Source: Bacteroidota bacterium
Lineage (GTDB): Bacteria > Bacteroidota > Ignavibacteria > Ignavibacteriales > Ignavibacteriaceae
Direction of reading: 5' to 3'
Assembly (NCBI GenBank): GCA_021813585.1
Contig: JAKAJV010000068.1
Coordinates: forward strand, 3,499-67,498
Length of the DNA stretch: 64,000 nt
Position 1 is the stretch's first letter; each line of letters begins with the position of its first letter. Both the position numbers and the translations under genes were made by a program. The notes beneath the pieces were generated by a model. It did no database searches. It had not been told where the DNA came from and saw nothing but the letters and a program-made list of their open reading frames with translations. Below, in pieces: positions 8,665 through 17,699 of this stretch.

Positions 8665-10020
8665 TTAAGGCGTTGTATAGTTAGTGTAAGCCGAGGGCGG
8701 CAAACCTTGAGCTAAGCGAAGCGAATCATCCGCCTGCAACCAATGAGCCAGCGCTGCAAAATAAGAAGCGCGTGCAAAGGCAAGCTTTGCCTCGGCATCC
8801 AAATAATCTGTAACGGAAAGCCTTCCTTGATTGAATTGTTCCTTCTGAATTCGTTCTACTTCTAAAGCGGCTTTAAGCGAGCTTTCAGCCGATAAATACT
8901 GAGATTTACTTGAATTCCAATCGCCAATTGAAGAAACTAATTCTGCATTTGCCGAATTCTTCAAAACATTCCTTTGTTCTGTAATAGCTAACTGTTTTGC
9001 ATCAGCTTCTTGAACGCGCGCCACTCTTGTTAAACCAGTCCATATAGGAAAATCAACAGTAAGACCGATCTGCCAGAAAGGAGCGTCTTTACCTTTGCCG
9101 TTAAAGCCCTGGTTAACCATCCAGTTTCCTTGAATATAAGCCTTCGGCAAGAATGATTCCCAAGCAACCGATACTCCGGAATTTGCGGCTAACACTTTTT
9201 CTTCAATTGATTTTATATCCGGACGGTCATTTATTTCAAATGGAGAATTTTGGATGTCTAATGGCTGGTTAGCCGGCGGTGCAACGGAATCGGGAAAAGA
9301 TTGTTGATTCAACAAAGCTGCAAGATATGCACGAAGCTTTAAGTTTGTTCCGTTGGCATCGGCAATCTGACCTTCAATATTGCTTAGCTCCGATTGCATT
9401 CTCAAACTATCTACCGGTGCTCTTCTTCCAACTTTTATTGCAACAATAGTTATCGCAAGCTGTTTCCGAATTGCATCGGCTTGTTTATTAAGAGCACTGA
9501 GTTTTCCGGATATTGATTCTATTCCGTGGAATAGAGCAGCTGCTTGATTAAGTACAGCAAGCCGGACATTCGCGGCATCGTAGGCTGCCGCATGTTCCTG
9601 ATGGGCGAGTGAGGTTAACTGTGTTATCATTTGTCCGTTTATGTCAAGCGGAAGAGTAAGCGACAAACCATAGCCTATTTGTCTTGAGTCGTAGGGCATA
9701 GTTGCGAAATTTATAGGCGGAGAAATTGGTCTCGTTAATCTGTTATCGTTAAAATACTGAAGCTGTCCAAATGCATCTAAAGAACCGAACAATTTTCCCA
9801 AACCTTCGAACCTGTTAGCGGAATAAATTTTTGCATTTGCATTAGCGGCTTTTAATGTGGGTGCATTAGCTTCGACCTGATGAAGAAGCTTACCCAAATT
9901 AGCAGTCTGCGCCCGAACTTGTGCTAAAAATAAAGTAAGCATCAAAAGCACAACTATACTACCGGTGTACTTTATTTGTCTTAAAGGCTCATCTAGACTT
10001 TTAATATTTTGTGTTCTCAT
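8665..10020 (-). CDS. TolC-family outer membrane efflux protein
   Basis: 451 aa with a signal peptide and two-repeat alpha/beta TolC-like composition. It sits first in an operon with the MFP and RND genes. Confidence 0.9.
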   Translation of the reverse strand: MRTQNIKSLDEPLRQIKYTGSIVVLLMLTLFLAQVRAQTANLGKLLHQVEANAPTLKAANANAKIYSANRFEGLGKLFGSLDAFGQLQYFNDNRLTRPISPPINFATMPYDSRQIGYGLSLTLPLDINGQMITQLTSLAHQEHAAAYDAANVRLAVLNQAAALFHGIESISGKLSALNKQADAIRKQLAITIVAIKVGRRAPVDSLRMQSELSNIEGQIADANGTNLKLRAYLAALLNQQSFPDSVAPPANQPLDIQNSPFEINDRPDIKSIEEKVLAANSGVSVAWESFLPKAYIQGNWMVNQGFNGKGKDAPFWQIGLTVDFPIWTGLTRVARVQEADAKQLAITEQRNVLKNSANAELVSSIGDWNSSKSQYLSAESSLKAALEVERIQKEQFNQGRLSVTDYLDAEAKLAFARASYFAALAHWLQADDSLRLAQGLPPSAYTNYTTP

Positions 10021-10041
10021 TTAGTTTCCTTATTGTTTTAA

Positions 10042-10401
10042 TTAATAATTTCTATGCGTATGAATATTATTATGATAATCATGCGGCGTTATTAAATCTT
10101 CTTCTTCTTTGGATTTTACAAATCCTATTAGAATAAAAATTATACCCGATATAAAAGCGTTACAATATTTACAAGGGATGATTTCGAGCGAAGGGATAAA
10201 AGCAGAAATGATTAACCATATACCCAAAACGGCACCTATCCAACCTTCAATTGATTTCTTGACTGTAAGTGTTAAACCGGAAATTGCCGAAATGATTCCT
10301 ACAATAATTAAATTTGTAATGTTTGCTTGTATCGATTGAAATAATACTGAGGATACCAACAACCAGATCCCAAGTGTACCTATAATTTTTTTCTGTAGCA
10401 T
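10042..10401 (-). CDS. Small 4-TM membrane protein with a His-rich C-terminal tail
   Basis: 119 aa. The tail is PHDYHNNIHTHRNY. It lies 21 nt upstream of the TolC gene on the same strand. Confidence 0.5.
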   Translation of the reverse strand: MLQKKIIGTLGIWLLVSSVLFQSIQANITNLIIVGIISAISGLTLTVKKSIEGWIGAVLGIWLIISAFIPSLEIIPCKYCNAFISGIIFILIGFVKSKEEEDLITPHDYHNNIHTHRNY

Positions 10402-10651
10402 AATATCATATCCAAAATTTTAATATTTAGGTAAAAACAATTGTTATGCCGGGAATTTTAGAAGAGTTATCTTACTTAATTTCTATAACTTATAGGGCTA
10501 CAAGAATCTTGACTTGTTTGGGTGCGAAATGGCTTTACGCAGTGAGAAAAGGTAATCGAATTGTTATTACTTTCTTCTATTGAAAATAGAAGTGTTATGT
10601 CATATTTTTGTTTGAATAGAATTAGGAGAGAACTTTTATATAGGAGCCGAG

Positions 10652-10882
10652 ATGTTAAAGAATATCACTTTAAGTGCTGAAGAAAAACTTATACGGAAAG
10701 CGAGGGAAAAAGCCAATAGAGAACGGACTACTCTTAATGAAAATTTCCGAAGATGGCTAAAGCAGTATGTAAATACTAAGAATGTTTCAACGGACTATGA
10801 CAATTTAATGAATACATTTAGTTATGCATCTCCCGGGAACTCTTTTACAAGAGAAGAAATGAATGAGCGATATATTGCATAA
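10652..10882 (+). CDS. Ribbon-helix-helix (CopG/VapB-like) antitoxin-type protein
   Basis: 76 aa. ITLSAEEKLIRKAREKANRERTTLNENFRRWLKQY fits the RHH pattern. It is immediately upstream of the YefM/YoeB pair. Confidence 0.5.
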   Translation: MLKNITLSAEEKLIRKAREKANRERTTLNENFRRWLKQYVNTKNVSTDYDNLMNTFSYASPGNSFTREEMNERYIA

Positions 10883-10884
10883 AT

Positions 10885-11133
10885 TTGGAAAGGAGATTTT
10901 ATATGGAAGCAACATTCAAAATAAAAAGTGAAAAATTCGATTATTCTTTCGTAGAAAAGATCAAATCCTTATTTGATTCTGAAAAAATACTTAAGGTTAC
11001 TGTCTCAGATGAGATGGATGAAACAGAGTATTTGTTATCATCAGAAAAAAATGCTTTAATGATTGCAGAGTCACTACAACAATTTCTTCGTAATGAAACA
11101 GTTACAATTTCTGAAAAGGAATTGTTGAAGTGA
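10885..11133 (+). CDS. YefM/Phd-like antitoxin (divergent N-terminus); the likely start is the ATG at 10903
   Basis: The C-terminal DETEYLLSSEKNALMIAESLQQ resembles the YefM ETAYLLRSPANARRL segment. It overlaps the yoeB start by 4 nt. Confidence 0.65.
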   Translation: MERRFYMEATFKIKSEKFDYSFVEKIKSLFDSEKILKVTVSDEMDETEYLLSSEKNALMIAESLQQFLRNETVTISEKELLK

Positions 11134-11390
11134 TCAAGTTTTCAAAACGAGCTTGGAATGATTATGAATATTGGCAGCACACTGATAAAAGAAAACTAGA
11201 GAGAATCAATGACTTAATTAAAGACTGCATTCGAAATCCTTTCAATGGAATTGGAAAACCTGAAGCATTAAAAGGAAATTTGGCTGGTTTGTGGTCACGA
11301 CGAATTGATGAAGAACATCGTTTATTATTCCGTTATGAAAAGGGTGAATTAGAAATTATAAGCTGTAGGTTTCATTACGAAGAAAAATGA
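11130..11390 (+). CDS. yoeB: Txe/YoeB family toxin
   Basis: AWNDYEYWQHTDKRKLERINDLIKD...GKPEALKGNLAGLWSRRIDEEHRLLF...CRFHY aligns along its full length with E. coli YoeB. Confidence 0.9.
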   Translation: MIKFSKRAWNDYEYWQHTDKRKLERINDLIKDCIRNPFNGIGKPEALKGNLAGLWSRRIDEEHRLLFRYEKGELEIISCRFHYEEK

Positions 11391-11429
11391 TTAATCTCAT
11401 TATGGACGAACGATAAATATTTTTTCTTT

Positions 11430-12851
11430 TCATTTCCTAAATTTTTCCGCATCAATATTATGCTTGCATAACAGATTCTGTATTTGGCGTCGGTCGTAGC
11501 CGCTTATTTCCGAAGCGCGAGTTACATTGCCTTGCGTGGAATTTAATAACTTAATTAAAAACTTGTTTTCAAGTTCATCAAGAATGCTGTCTGTTCTTTT
11601 CCTTTTTTCTTCCTGAAGTTCATCCTTGGTAAGAGGAATATATTCTTCATCCGATGCAGCTTCTTCTTTGTATGCCGCTAAAACTTCTTCCGGTAAATTC
11701 TCCGGTGTAATTCTTCCATCCAAAGAAAAAATAATTGACTGCTGCATTACATTCTCAAGCTCGCGGATGTTACCGGACCAATTATAGCTTTGCAAAATCT
11801 TTCTCGCTTTTTCTACAACGACTAAGTTTTCATTCTTATTTAAGTTGGAATATTTTTTTAAGAAGTGTTCTATAAGTAAGGGAATGTCTTCCTTTCTTTC
11901 TCTTAAAGGAGGGATGCGCAAATAAACAACACGAAGGCGGTAATATAGGTCCTGTCTAAAATTCCCTTTATCAACTTCATTCTTCAAATTTTTATTTGTC
12001 GCAGCTACTATTCTTGCGTTGGTAGTTATAAACTGAGTCCCACCAACGCGGGTAAATTTTTGATTTTCTAAAACATGAAGAAGCTTAACTTGTAAATCAA
12101 GCGGCAGCTCGCCAATTTCATCAAGAAATAAAGTGCCTCCGCTGGCAAGTTCAAATTTTCCTTTCTTCATGTTTACCGCGCCGGTAAAAGCGCCGCGCTC
12201 ATGTCCGAAGAGTTCACTCTCAAGCAAGTCGTGCGGAATAGCGCCGCAGTTAATTTCGATAAATGAATTATCAGCCCGGCTGCTTAGATAGTGCACTGCA
12301 CGAGCAAACAGCATTTTACCGGTTCCGGATTCGCCCTCAATTAAAATTGTTGCCGGCGTTTGAGCAACCTGACCCATCAATTCCATCAGCGATTTCATTT
12401 GCGGATTGATAGTAATTATTTCATTAAATCCTTCGTACTTCTTTATTTTTTCTTTAAGGGATAAATTCTCTTCCAACAACTTTCCGAACTGAAGTGATTT
12501 TTCAATCACTGCTTCTAGCTCGTCTATTTTTATTGGCTTTGAAATATAATCGTGTGCGCCCATCTTCATTGCTTCAACTGCGTTCTCTACGCTGCCGAAT
12601 GCAGTCATAATTATTACCGGAATAGTTTTATAATTTTCTTTTGCCCAGCGAAGCAGTTCAAGCCCGTTCATTTCCGGCATGTTAAAATCTGTAAGAATTA
12701 AATGAACGCGGTTGTTATTTATAAGTTCTACTGCTTGTTTTCCGTTTTGTGCTAGTAAAATGTTAAAGTTTGTTTTTAAGCTTAAACTTATAACCCGTCT
12801 TTCCTTATCTTCGTCGTCAACGATTATTATAGTTGTTTTTTGGTTTTCCAT
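11430..12851 (-). CDS. Sigma54-dependent response regulator (NtrC family: REC + AAA+ + Fis-type HTH)
   Basis: 473 aa. It has the Walker A GESGTGK, the GAFTGA sigma54-contact motif, and a C-terminal HTH ([21 protein letters not shown]). Confidence 0.95.
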   Translation of the reverse strand: MENQKTTIIIVDDEDKERRVISLSLKTNFNILLAQNGKQAVELINNNRVHLILTDFNMPEMNGLELLRWAKENYKTIPVIIMTAFGSVENAVEAMKMGAHDYISKPIKIDELEAVIEKSLQFGKLLEENLSLKEKIKKYEGFNEIITINPQMKSLMELMGQVAQTPATILIEGESGTGKMLFARAVHYLSSRADNSFIEINCGAIPHDLLESELFGHERGAFTGAVNMKKGKFELASGGTLFLDEIGELPLDLQVKLLHVLENQKFTRVGGTQFITTNARIVAATNKNLKNEVDKGNFRQDLYYRLRVVYLRIPPLRERKEDIPLLIEHFLKKYSNLNKNENLVVVEKARKILQSYNWSGNIRELENVMQQSIIFSLDGRITPENLPEEVLAAYKEEAASDEEYIPLTKDELQEEKRKRTDSILDELENKFLIKLLNSTQGNVTRASEISGYDRRQIQNLLCKHNIDAEKFRK

Positions 12852-12852
12852 A

Positions 12853-14973
12853 TCATTCCATTTTGTTAATAGGAAAAGAAATAATAAACTGAGTTGATTC
12901 AGTTTTAGAATTAACAGTAATTGTTCCGCCCATACTTGTTACAATATTGTGAACAATAGAAAGTCCAAGTCCGGTGCCTTCTTCCTTTGTCGTAAAGAAG
13001 GGATTAAATATTTCGTTCAACTTTTCTTCCGGTATGCCGATTCCGTTGTCTTCTATTTTAATTAAAATTTTGTTTCCTAATTCTTCCGTAGAAAATTGCA
13101 GCAGTCCATTCGGGCAGCTAAAACTGTCATCTTTCTTGCACCGCTCTATAATTGCATCAATGCTGTTTAATCCAAGATTCAACAAAGCCTGGTATAGAAG
13201 ATTAGAATCGGTATTTAGCATAGTCTTCTTTTCGCAGTCGCATTGAATTTTTATATTACCGGTATTTTTGGCTTCGACTGCGGTTATTGCTTTTGCGAAC
13301 AAAGTTCCTACTTCAACTAATTCATACTTAATTTCAAGCGTTCTGGATAACTTTAGAAAATCTTTTAATAAATTATCAAGGTGGTTAACTTCGTTTACAA
13401 TATAGTCAAGCAATTCTGAGATTTCATCTACACTTAATTTTCCCTTTTTAATATTTTGTGCCGAAACTGAAATTGTGTTTAACGGATTTTTAATCTCGTG
13501 AGCAATGCCAGCGGTCATTTGACCAATGGCTGCAAGCTTTTCTAATTTGAATTGTTCTTCTTTTTGCTTCTGCAGTTCTTCAAATATTTTGTTTCTGTGG
13601 AAAGCGATAACCACTTCGTTAGCCAATATTGTAAGCCTTTCCAACTCATCCTCGGTAAATTTATTATCATATCTTTTTTTAGAAAGAAAAAGTACAGCCA
13701 AAATTTCATCATGGAAAGCCAAGGGCAGAATTACTTCGATTCTTCTAGTTTTTAATAATCTTAAAAAGGGTGAATTAGGCTTACCGGCATCAAGCTCATA
13801 AATCTCAACAGCCCGTTTGGCTGAAAGGAAAAAATCTGAATAGTTCTTTATTAGCTCTGATGGAATAGCATCTGGAGGGTTAGCCGTGCAGTTATAATTA
13901 CCGGCGTTATCTTTTAGATAGCATGTTACATCTTCTATCAAAAAATTTTTTCTGATGAAGTTTTTTACTTTTGGCAATAACACATGAGGCTCAAGATAAT
14001 TTTGCAATTCAATATTAAACATCGAAAAATTGTGGCGGTACTTTCCTATGTCTCTTAAAAATAATTTGTCAAGCAGGCGTTGAAGCCTTGTTTCCAGAGG
14101 CTTAATCAGAGAAACTAATATTAGGATTACAAATGCCGAAGTTAAGAACGAGTTAATTCCGAAAATATTGTTTAGTTGGCGGCTGACATTTTCAACAACT
14201 ATAAAATAAACCGCGAGAATAATCGTGTAAATAATCGAATAGACAATACCACTTCGCAGAATCCTTTTTGTTGCAAAGGTTTTATAATAAACAAGTAAGA
14301 AGAGGAAAAAAATATTTATCGACAGCACGAATATCGTGTTAAGAAAGTAAATTGAAAATTCGGGAGCGAGGTAAATGCGAAAGATGTTAATCAACAGAAA
14401 ATATGCAATAATTACAGTGAAGCCGGTTAATAAAAATAAAGTTTGATTTTTCTGTTTAATCGTTCGCAGCTTATGAATTTTGGTTATTAAAACAGCGGCG
14501 CCCCAAACCAGATAGGCGGCTGTAATAATTAACTGAATGACAAATAAAGATTCAGTAGTAAATCTTAGCTTGTAGAAGTATCCCGCTTGTTCATTTTGCA
14601 GTTGAATTATGTCAATTTTAAAATGCGGGAACGACGATGCTAAAAGAATTACCGGGACAGAAAATAAGGCGATGTAGAAATAAGCTTTACCGGCAATATC
14701 AGAGGTTTGAACTGGAAAGTTGAATGCAATTGCTACAAAAAAAGCAGGCAGCAGAAAAATTATTCTGTATAGTACTTGAGCGCCGAATAATGCATCGGAA
14801 AAATTAGAAGTAGTAAGGATTAAAATATCGGCGAGATTCCATAAAACAAACACCATCACAAAAGCCGCAAACCAGCGGTTTACCTTTGACTTAGGATTAT
14901 CCAGAAGTATTATAAAAGCTATACTGAAATTTATTGTAAAGGCTAATATTGACGGTAAAGAATAAACGTTCAT
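12853..14973 (-). CDS. Sensor histidine kinase with a multi-pass N-terminal membrane domain
   Basis: 706 aa with about 7 N-terminal TM helices. The H-box is AHEIKNPL, with DNGIGI and [12 protein letters not shown]-lid motifs. It is adjacent to the response regulator gene. Confidence 0.9.
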   Translation of the reverse strand: MNVYSLPSILAFTINFSIAFIILLDNPKSKVNRWFAAFVMVFVLWNLADILILTTSNFSDALFGAQVLYRIIFLLPAFFVAIAFNFPVQTSDIAGKAYFYIALFSVPVILLASSFPHFKIDIIQLQNEQAGYFYKLRFTTESLFVIQLIITAAYLVWGAAVLITKIHKLRTIKQKNQTLFLLTGFTVIIAYFLLINIFRIYLAPEFSIYFLNTIFVLSINIFFLFLLVYYKTFATKRILRSGIVYSIIYTIILAVYFIVVENVSRQLNNIFGINSFLTSAFVILILVSLIKPLETRLQRLLDKLFLRDIGKYRHNFSMFNIELQNYLEPHVLLPKVKNFIRKNFLIEDVTCYLKDNAGNYNCTANPPDAIPSELIKNYSDFFLSAKRAVEIYELDAGKPNSPFLRLLKTRRIEVILPLAFHDEILAVLFLSKKRYDNKFTEDELERLTILANEVVIAFHRNKIFEELQKQKEEQFKLEKLAAIGQMTAGIAHEIKNPLNTISVSAQNIKKGKLSVDEISELLDYIVNEVNHLDNLLKDFLKLSRTLEIKYELVEVGTLFAKAITAVEAKNTGNIKIQCDCEKKTMLNTDSNLLYQALLNLGLNSIDAIIERCKKDDSFSCPNGLLQFSTEELGNKILIKIEDNGIGIPEEKLNEIFNPFFTTKEEGTGLGLSIVHNIVTSMGGTITVNSKTESTQFIISFPINKME

Positions 14974-15030
14974 AAACTAATCAAGGCAGTCGTTCAAAAA
15001 AAAATAAATTTTTAAAATTTAATATGTTTT

Positions 15031-15127
15031 AGTCTCAGTGGTCCTCTGTGTTTCCTCTGTGCAACTCTGTGTAACTTTCTTTTAGTTACACAGAGAGCCA
15101 CAGAGAGCCACTGAGTTTCACAGAGAA
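15031..15127. repeat. CACAGAG-family palindromic repeat, copy B
   Basis: The four left-arm units are CTCAGTG, CTCTGTG, CTCTGTG and CTCTGTG. The four right-arm units are CACAGAG, CACAGAG, CACTGAG and CACAGAG, at 10 nt spacing. The element ends 3 nt from the stop of the FmdE gene. Confidence 0.85.
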
Positions 15128-15130
15128 ATT

Positions 15131-15733
15131 TTATTTGGCAGCGCAGTCAATGCAAACGTGCTTGCCGCCTTTAATTCTGCCGTAGCTTTCAACTGTCATT
15201 TCGCCGCAGTCATCGCAGACAAAGCCGTTAAAGTTATCACTGTGAGGTTCAAGCTTGTAATCGAAAACTTTGGAGATGTTCAACAACTTTTCGTTTGGCA
15301 CTGCCATTACGTTTACGATTAAAGGATCCACAACTCTTGCCGGAACATTACACGCCGGAATTCCTTTCTCTCTATATTCTTTGAAGAAAGTCGATTGCTT
15401 ATTTTGCAGCATCGCTTCGGCTTTTGGAGTAACGCGAACTGCTTTACCGGATGCTTTATCAACAAGCGTAACCGCCCATTTGCCTTTGTGTGTTTTTTTG
15501 ATGTTACCTTTGCCGAATGTTGTTCCCATAATTACTTGAAGCCCGTCGGCATAGCAAGTAGCGCAGTGGTCTTCGCCTAAATCTACGAAAGCAATTATTT
15601 GTCCGTCTTTGGCTCGTTCTACGCCGAGCGCATTCATTGCGGCTGCGCCGACCTTTAAGCCCATCGGCATTGCGGGGCATTTGTGTCCATGAAATTTTTG
15701 TCCGAACTCTAACCAATCTTGAGGATTTATCAT
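15131..15733 (-). CDS. FmdE-family protein with a C-terminal zinc ribbon
   Basis: 200 aa. FHGHKCPAMPMGLKVG is the FmdE signature, and CDDCGE...CIDC forms the Zn ribbon. Confidence 0.85.
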   Translation of the reverse strand: MINPQDWLEFGQKFHGHKCPAMPMGLKVGAAAMNALGVERAKDGQIIAFVDLGEDHCATCYADGLQVIMGTTFGKGNIKKTHKGKWAVTLVDKASGKAVRVTPKAEAMLQNKQSTFFKEYREKGIPACNVPARVVDPLIVNVMAVPNEKLLNISKVFDYKLEPHSDNFNGFVCDDCGEMTVESYGRIKGGKHVCIDCAAK

Positions 15734-15753
15734 TTTGTTTCTCCTAATTTGTC

Positions 15754-15773
15754 ATTCCCGCGAAAGCGGGAAT
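15754..15773. repeat. REP-like hairpin ATTCCCGC-GAAA-GCGGGAAT
   Basis: Perfect 8-bp stem with a tetraloop, located between the porin stop and the FmdE start. Confidence 0.6.
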
Positions 15774-15790
15774 CTATTTTGAATATGTTT

Positions 15791-16822
15791 TTAATTAAAG
15801 AAATACTGAATTTGTAAAGTTGTCAGCGCATTAGTTCTATTTGATGCAAACTGAAATTTATTATCTAAAGAAATTTTTATATCGTTTCCTTTTACGAGAT
15901 ATGAATACCCAATGACATACCAGGGATTATCAACCGTTGTGGGATTTAAGTCAATCAATTGTTCAACCGAAAGTGTAATTAGATTTTTTGAAGCGAACAA
16001 ATAATCAGCCAGAGCATAACATCCGTAAGCTTTTTGATTACCAAGATGCGCCTCGATGTATTCAGATTGCAATTCAAAATCCCCGAGATTAAATTTTTCT
16101 TCAAAGCCGAAACGGAAATCATTCCCGGTAAAAGAATAATTGTCTCCAAAGATTTTACTGAATTGTAAATCATGCGCGTCACGATAAGAAAGGTTGTAAC
16201 CTAATTCTAATTTAGATTCTGAATTGTTAAACAAGAATAAATTTCCCCGGTTTACGTAAAGAAAATTCCTTTTGTTAGAAACGGTGTTAGCGCCGTTCCC
16301 GTTAAAGAAGCCGAAGCTGATTGAAAATCCCTTCGGGAAAGAACCGATTTTGCTATCGGCTAATTTTAATTCAACGCCGATGTCTCTTGCCATAGTTTCT
16401 GCCCCAGGAACAAGCGCATTAACTACGTCCGCTCTTTCATCAAGCGGTATTAAATAGTCGGGCTGTTTTCTCTGCAAGCTAAAATCCGGTACAAATTGTC
16501 CGGCAGTAACTTCAAAATTATTTATCTTATAACTGACAAGAACATCTTGAAGCAAAAATTGAAATTTAACTTGCTGAAGAAAATTTGCTTGTAGTTTGTA
16601 ACTCCAATTGCCTTCATCTGCGGGCAGTAAACTATCAACCCAAAACTTCGCTCTTCTGACTGAGAAATTTGTTTGATTGAGATAATTATCGGAAAAGCGA
16701 TACTGCAAATAGCCATTCCAATTGATTTTTTGCTGAGCGATAGCAGTTGTACCTAATGCAAGCAAGAATACAAAAGTAAAAATGAGTTTTACTCTGTGAT
16801 TCTCCGTGCGTACTCTGTGCAA
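15791..16822 (-). CDS. Porin, OprO/OprP-like (anion-selective porin family)
   Basis: Beta-barrel composition ending in ...LQIQYFFN. The signal peptide is KLIFTFVFLLALGTTAIAQQ. The long ORF reaches 16900, but its first 26 codons translate the CACAGAG repeat, so the TTG at 16822 is the more plausible start. Confidence 0.6.
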   Translation of the reverse strand: MHRVRTENHRVKLIFTFVFLLALGTTAIAQQKINWNGYLQYRFSDNYLNQTNFSVRRAKFWVDSLLPADEGNWSYKLQANFLQQVKFQFLLQDVLVSYKINNFEVTAGQFVPDFSLQRKQPDYLIPLDERADVVNALVPGAETMARDIGVELKLADSKIGSFPKGFSISFGFFNGNGANTVSNKRNFLYVNRGNLFLFNNSESKLELGYNLSYRDAHDLQFSKIFGDNYSFTGNDFRFGFEEKFNLGDFELQSEYIEAHLGNQKAYGCYALADYLFASKNLITLSVEQLIDLNPTTVDNPWYVIGYSYLVKGNDIKISLDNKFQFASNRTNALTTLQIQYFFN

Positions 16823-16884
16823 CTCTGTGTAACCTTTTTTGTAACACAGAGTACCACAGAGGTGGCACAGAGTTCCACAGAGAG
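16791..16884. repeat. CACAGAG-family palindromic repeat, copy C
   Basis: ACTCTGTG...CTCTGTGTAAC / GTAACACAGAGTACCACAGAGGTGGCACAGAGTTCCACAGAGAGAAAA. It overlaps the 5' end of the porin ORF. Confidence 0.85.
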
Positions 16885-16916
16885 AAAATTTAGAATCCAT
16901 AATTACCGCCTTGCTT

Positions 16917-17690
16917 TCAAACTAATTTGATTAAGATTTGTGCAGCAAGCGCCCACATGATTAGACCAAGTCCTGCTTTTATCATTTTCGGTTTTACTTT
17001 AAGACTGAATCTTGCGCCAAGGTTTCCGCCGACAAGAACCGCAATTCCGACTATCGCAATTAATGGATAATCGAGTCGTTGATTAGCTGCATGTCCTAAA
17101 ATTCCAGCAAGAGCTGAAAAAGATATAATTAAATGCGAAGAACCGGCTGCAGATTTTGTGGGATATTTTAGAACGTAAGTCATAAAAGGAACAACCAATA
17201 CACCGCCGCCAACACCAAGCAAACCGGAGATAATGCCGACAGCAAAACTAAAAATTACAATCAGCACATACATTCCAAAAGTACGGTGCGGCATTGGCTC
17301 ATCATCCGTGTCATTTCCTTTTTGCCAATATGTAAGAATCATTCTTGCGCCAAGGATTATTAGAAACGACACAAACAACCATAATAATATATTGGCATTC
17401 ACATACTTAGCGTAAAAGCCGCCAGCAAAAGCGCCAACTACAATACCCGGCACAAACATGAAAGATGCTTTCATGTCAATCATCTTATTCTTATAAAAGA
17501 TATAACCGGCGGATAGTGAGGTAATTAAATTTAGAACTAAAGAGGTTGAAGTAGAAATTAACACCGCGTAGCCAAGCAGAATTAACAGCGGAGAGTACAC
17601 CGACCCTCCGCCTTGACCAAACATCGAGAATATGAAAGCCAGAACAAAAGAAAATATTACTGCCATTAAAAGAGCACTGCTGAAATCCAT
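16917..17690 (-). CDS. TauE/SafE (DUF81) family anion permease
   Basis: 257 aa with about 8 TM helices. It shows the internal duplication with GQGGGS and GVGGGV motifs that is typical of DUF81. Confidence 0.9.
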   Translation of the reverse strand: MDFSSALLMAVIFSFVLAFIFSMFGQGGGSVYSPLLILLGYAVLISTSTSLVLNLITSLSAGYIFYKNKMIDMKASFMFVPGIVVGAFAGGFYAKYVNANILLWLFVSFLIILGARMILTYWQKGNDTDDEPMPHRTFGMYVLIVIFSFAVGIISGLLGVGGGVLVVPFMTYVLKYPTKSAAGSSHLIISFSALAGILGHAANQRLDYPLIAIVGIAVLVGGNLGARFSLKVKPKMIKAGLGLIMWALAAQILIKLV

Positions 17691-17699
17691 TTTCTTCTC

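Noticed and set aside
10446-10459. The 14-mer ATGCCGGGAATTTT is shared with 51006-51019
   Set aside because: A single 14-nt match in 64 kb of AT-rich sequence, counted on both strands, is within chance expectation, and the flanks do not align.
16861-16880. TGGCACAGAGTTCCA looked like a sigma54 -24/-12 promoter near the sigma54 activator gene
   Set aside because: It lies inside CACAGAG repeat copy C and has TTCC instead of the -12 TTGC element. It is on the plus strand, pointing into the 3' end of a minus-strand gene.
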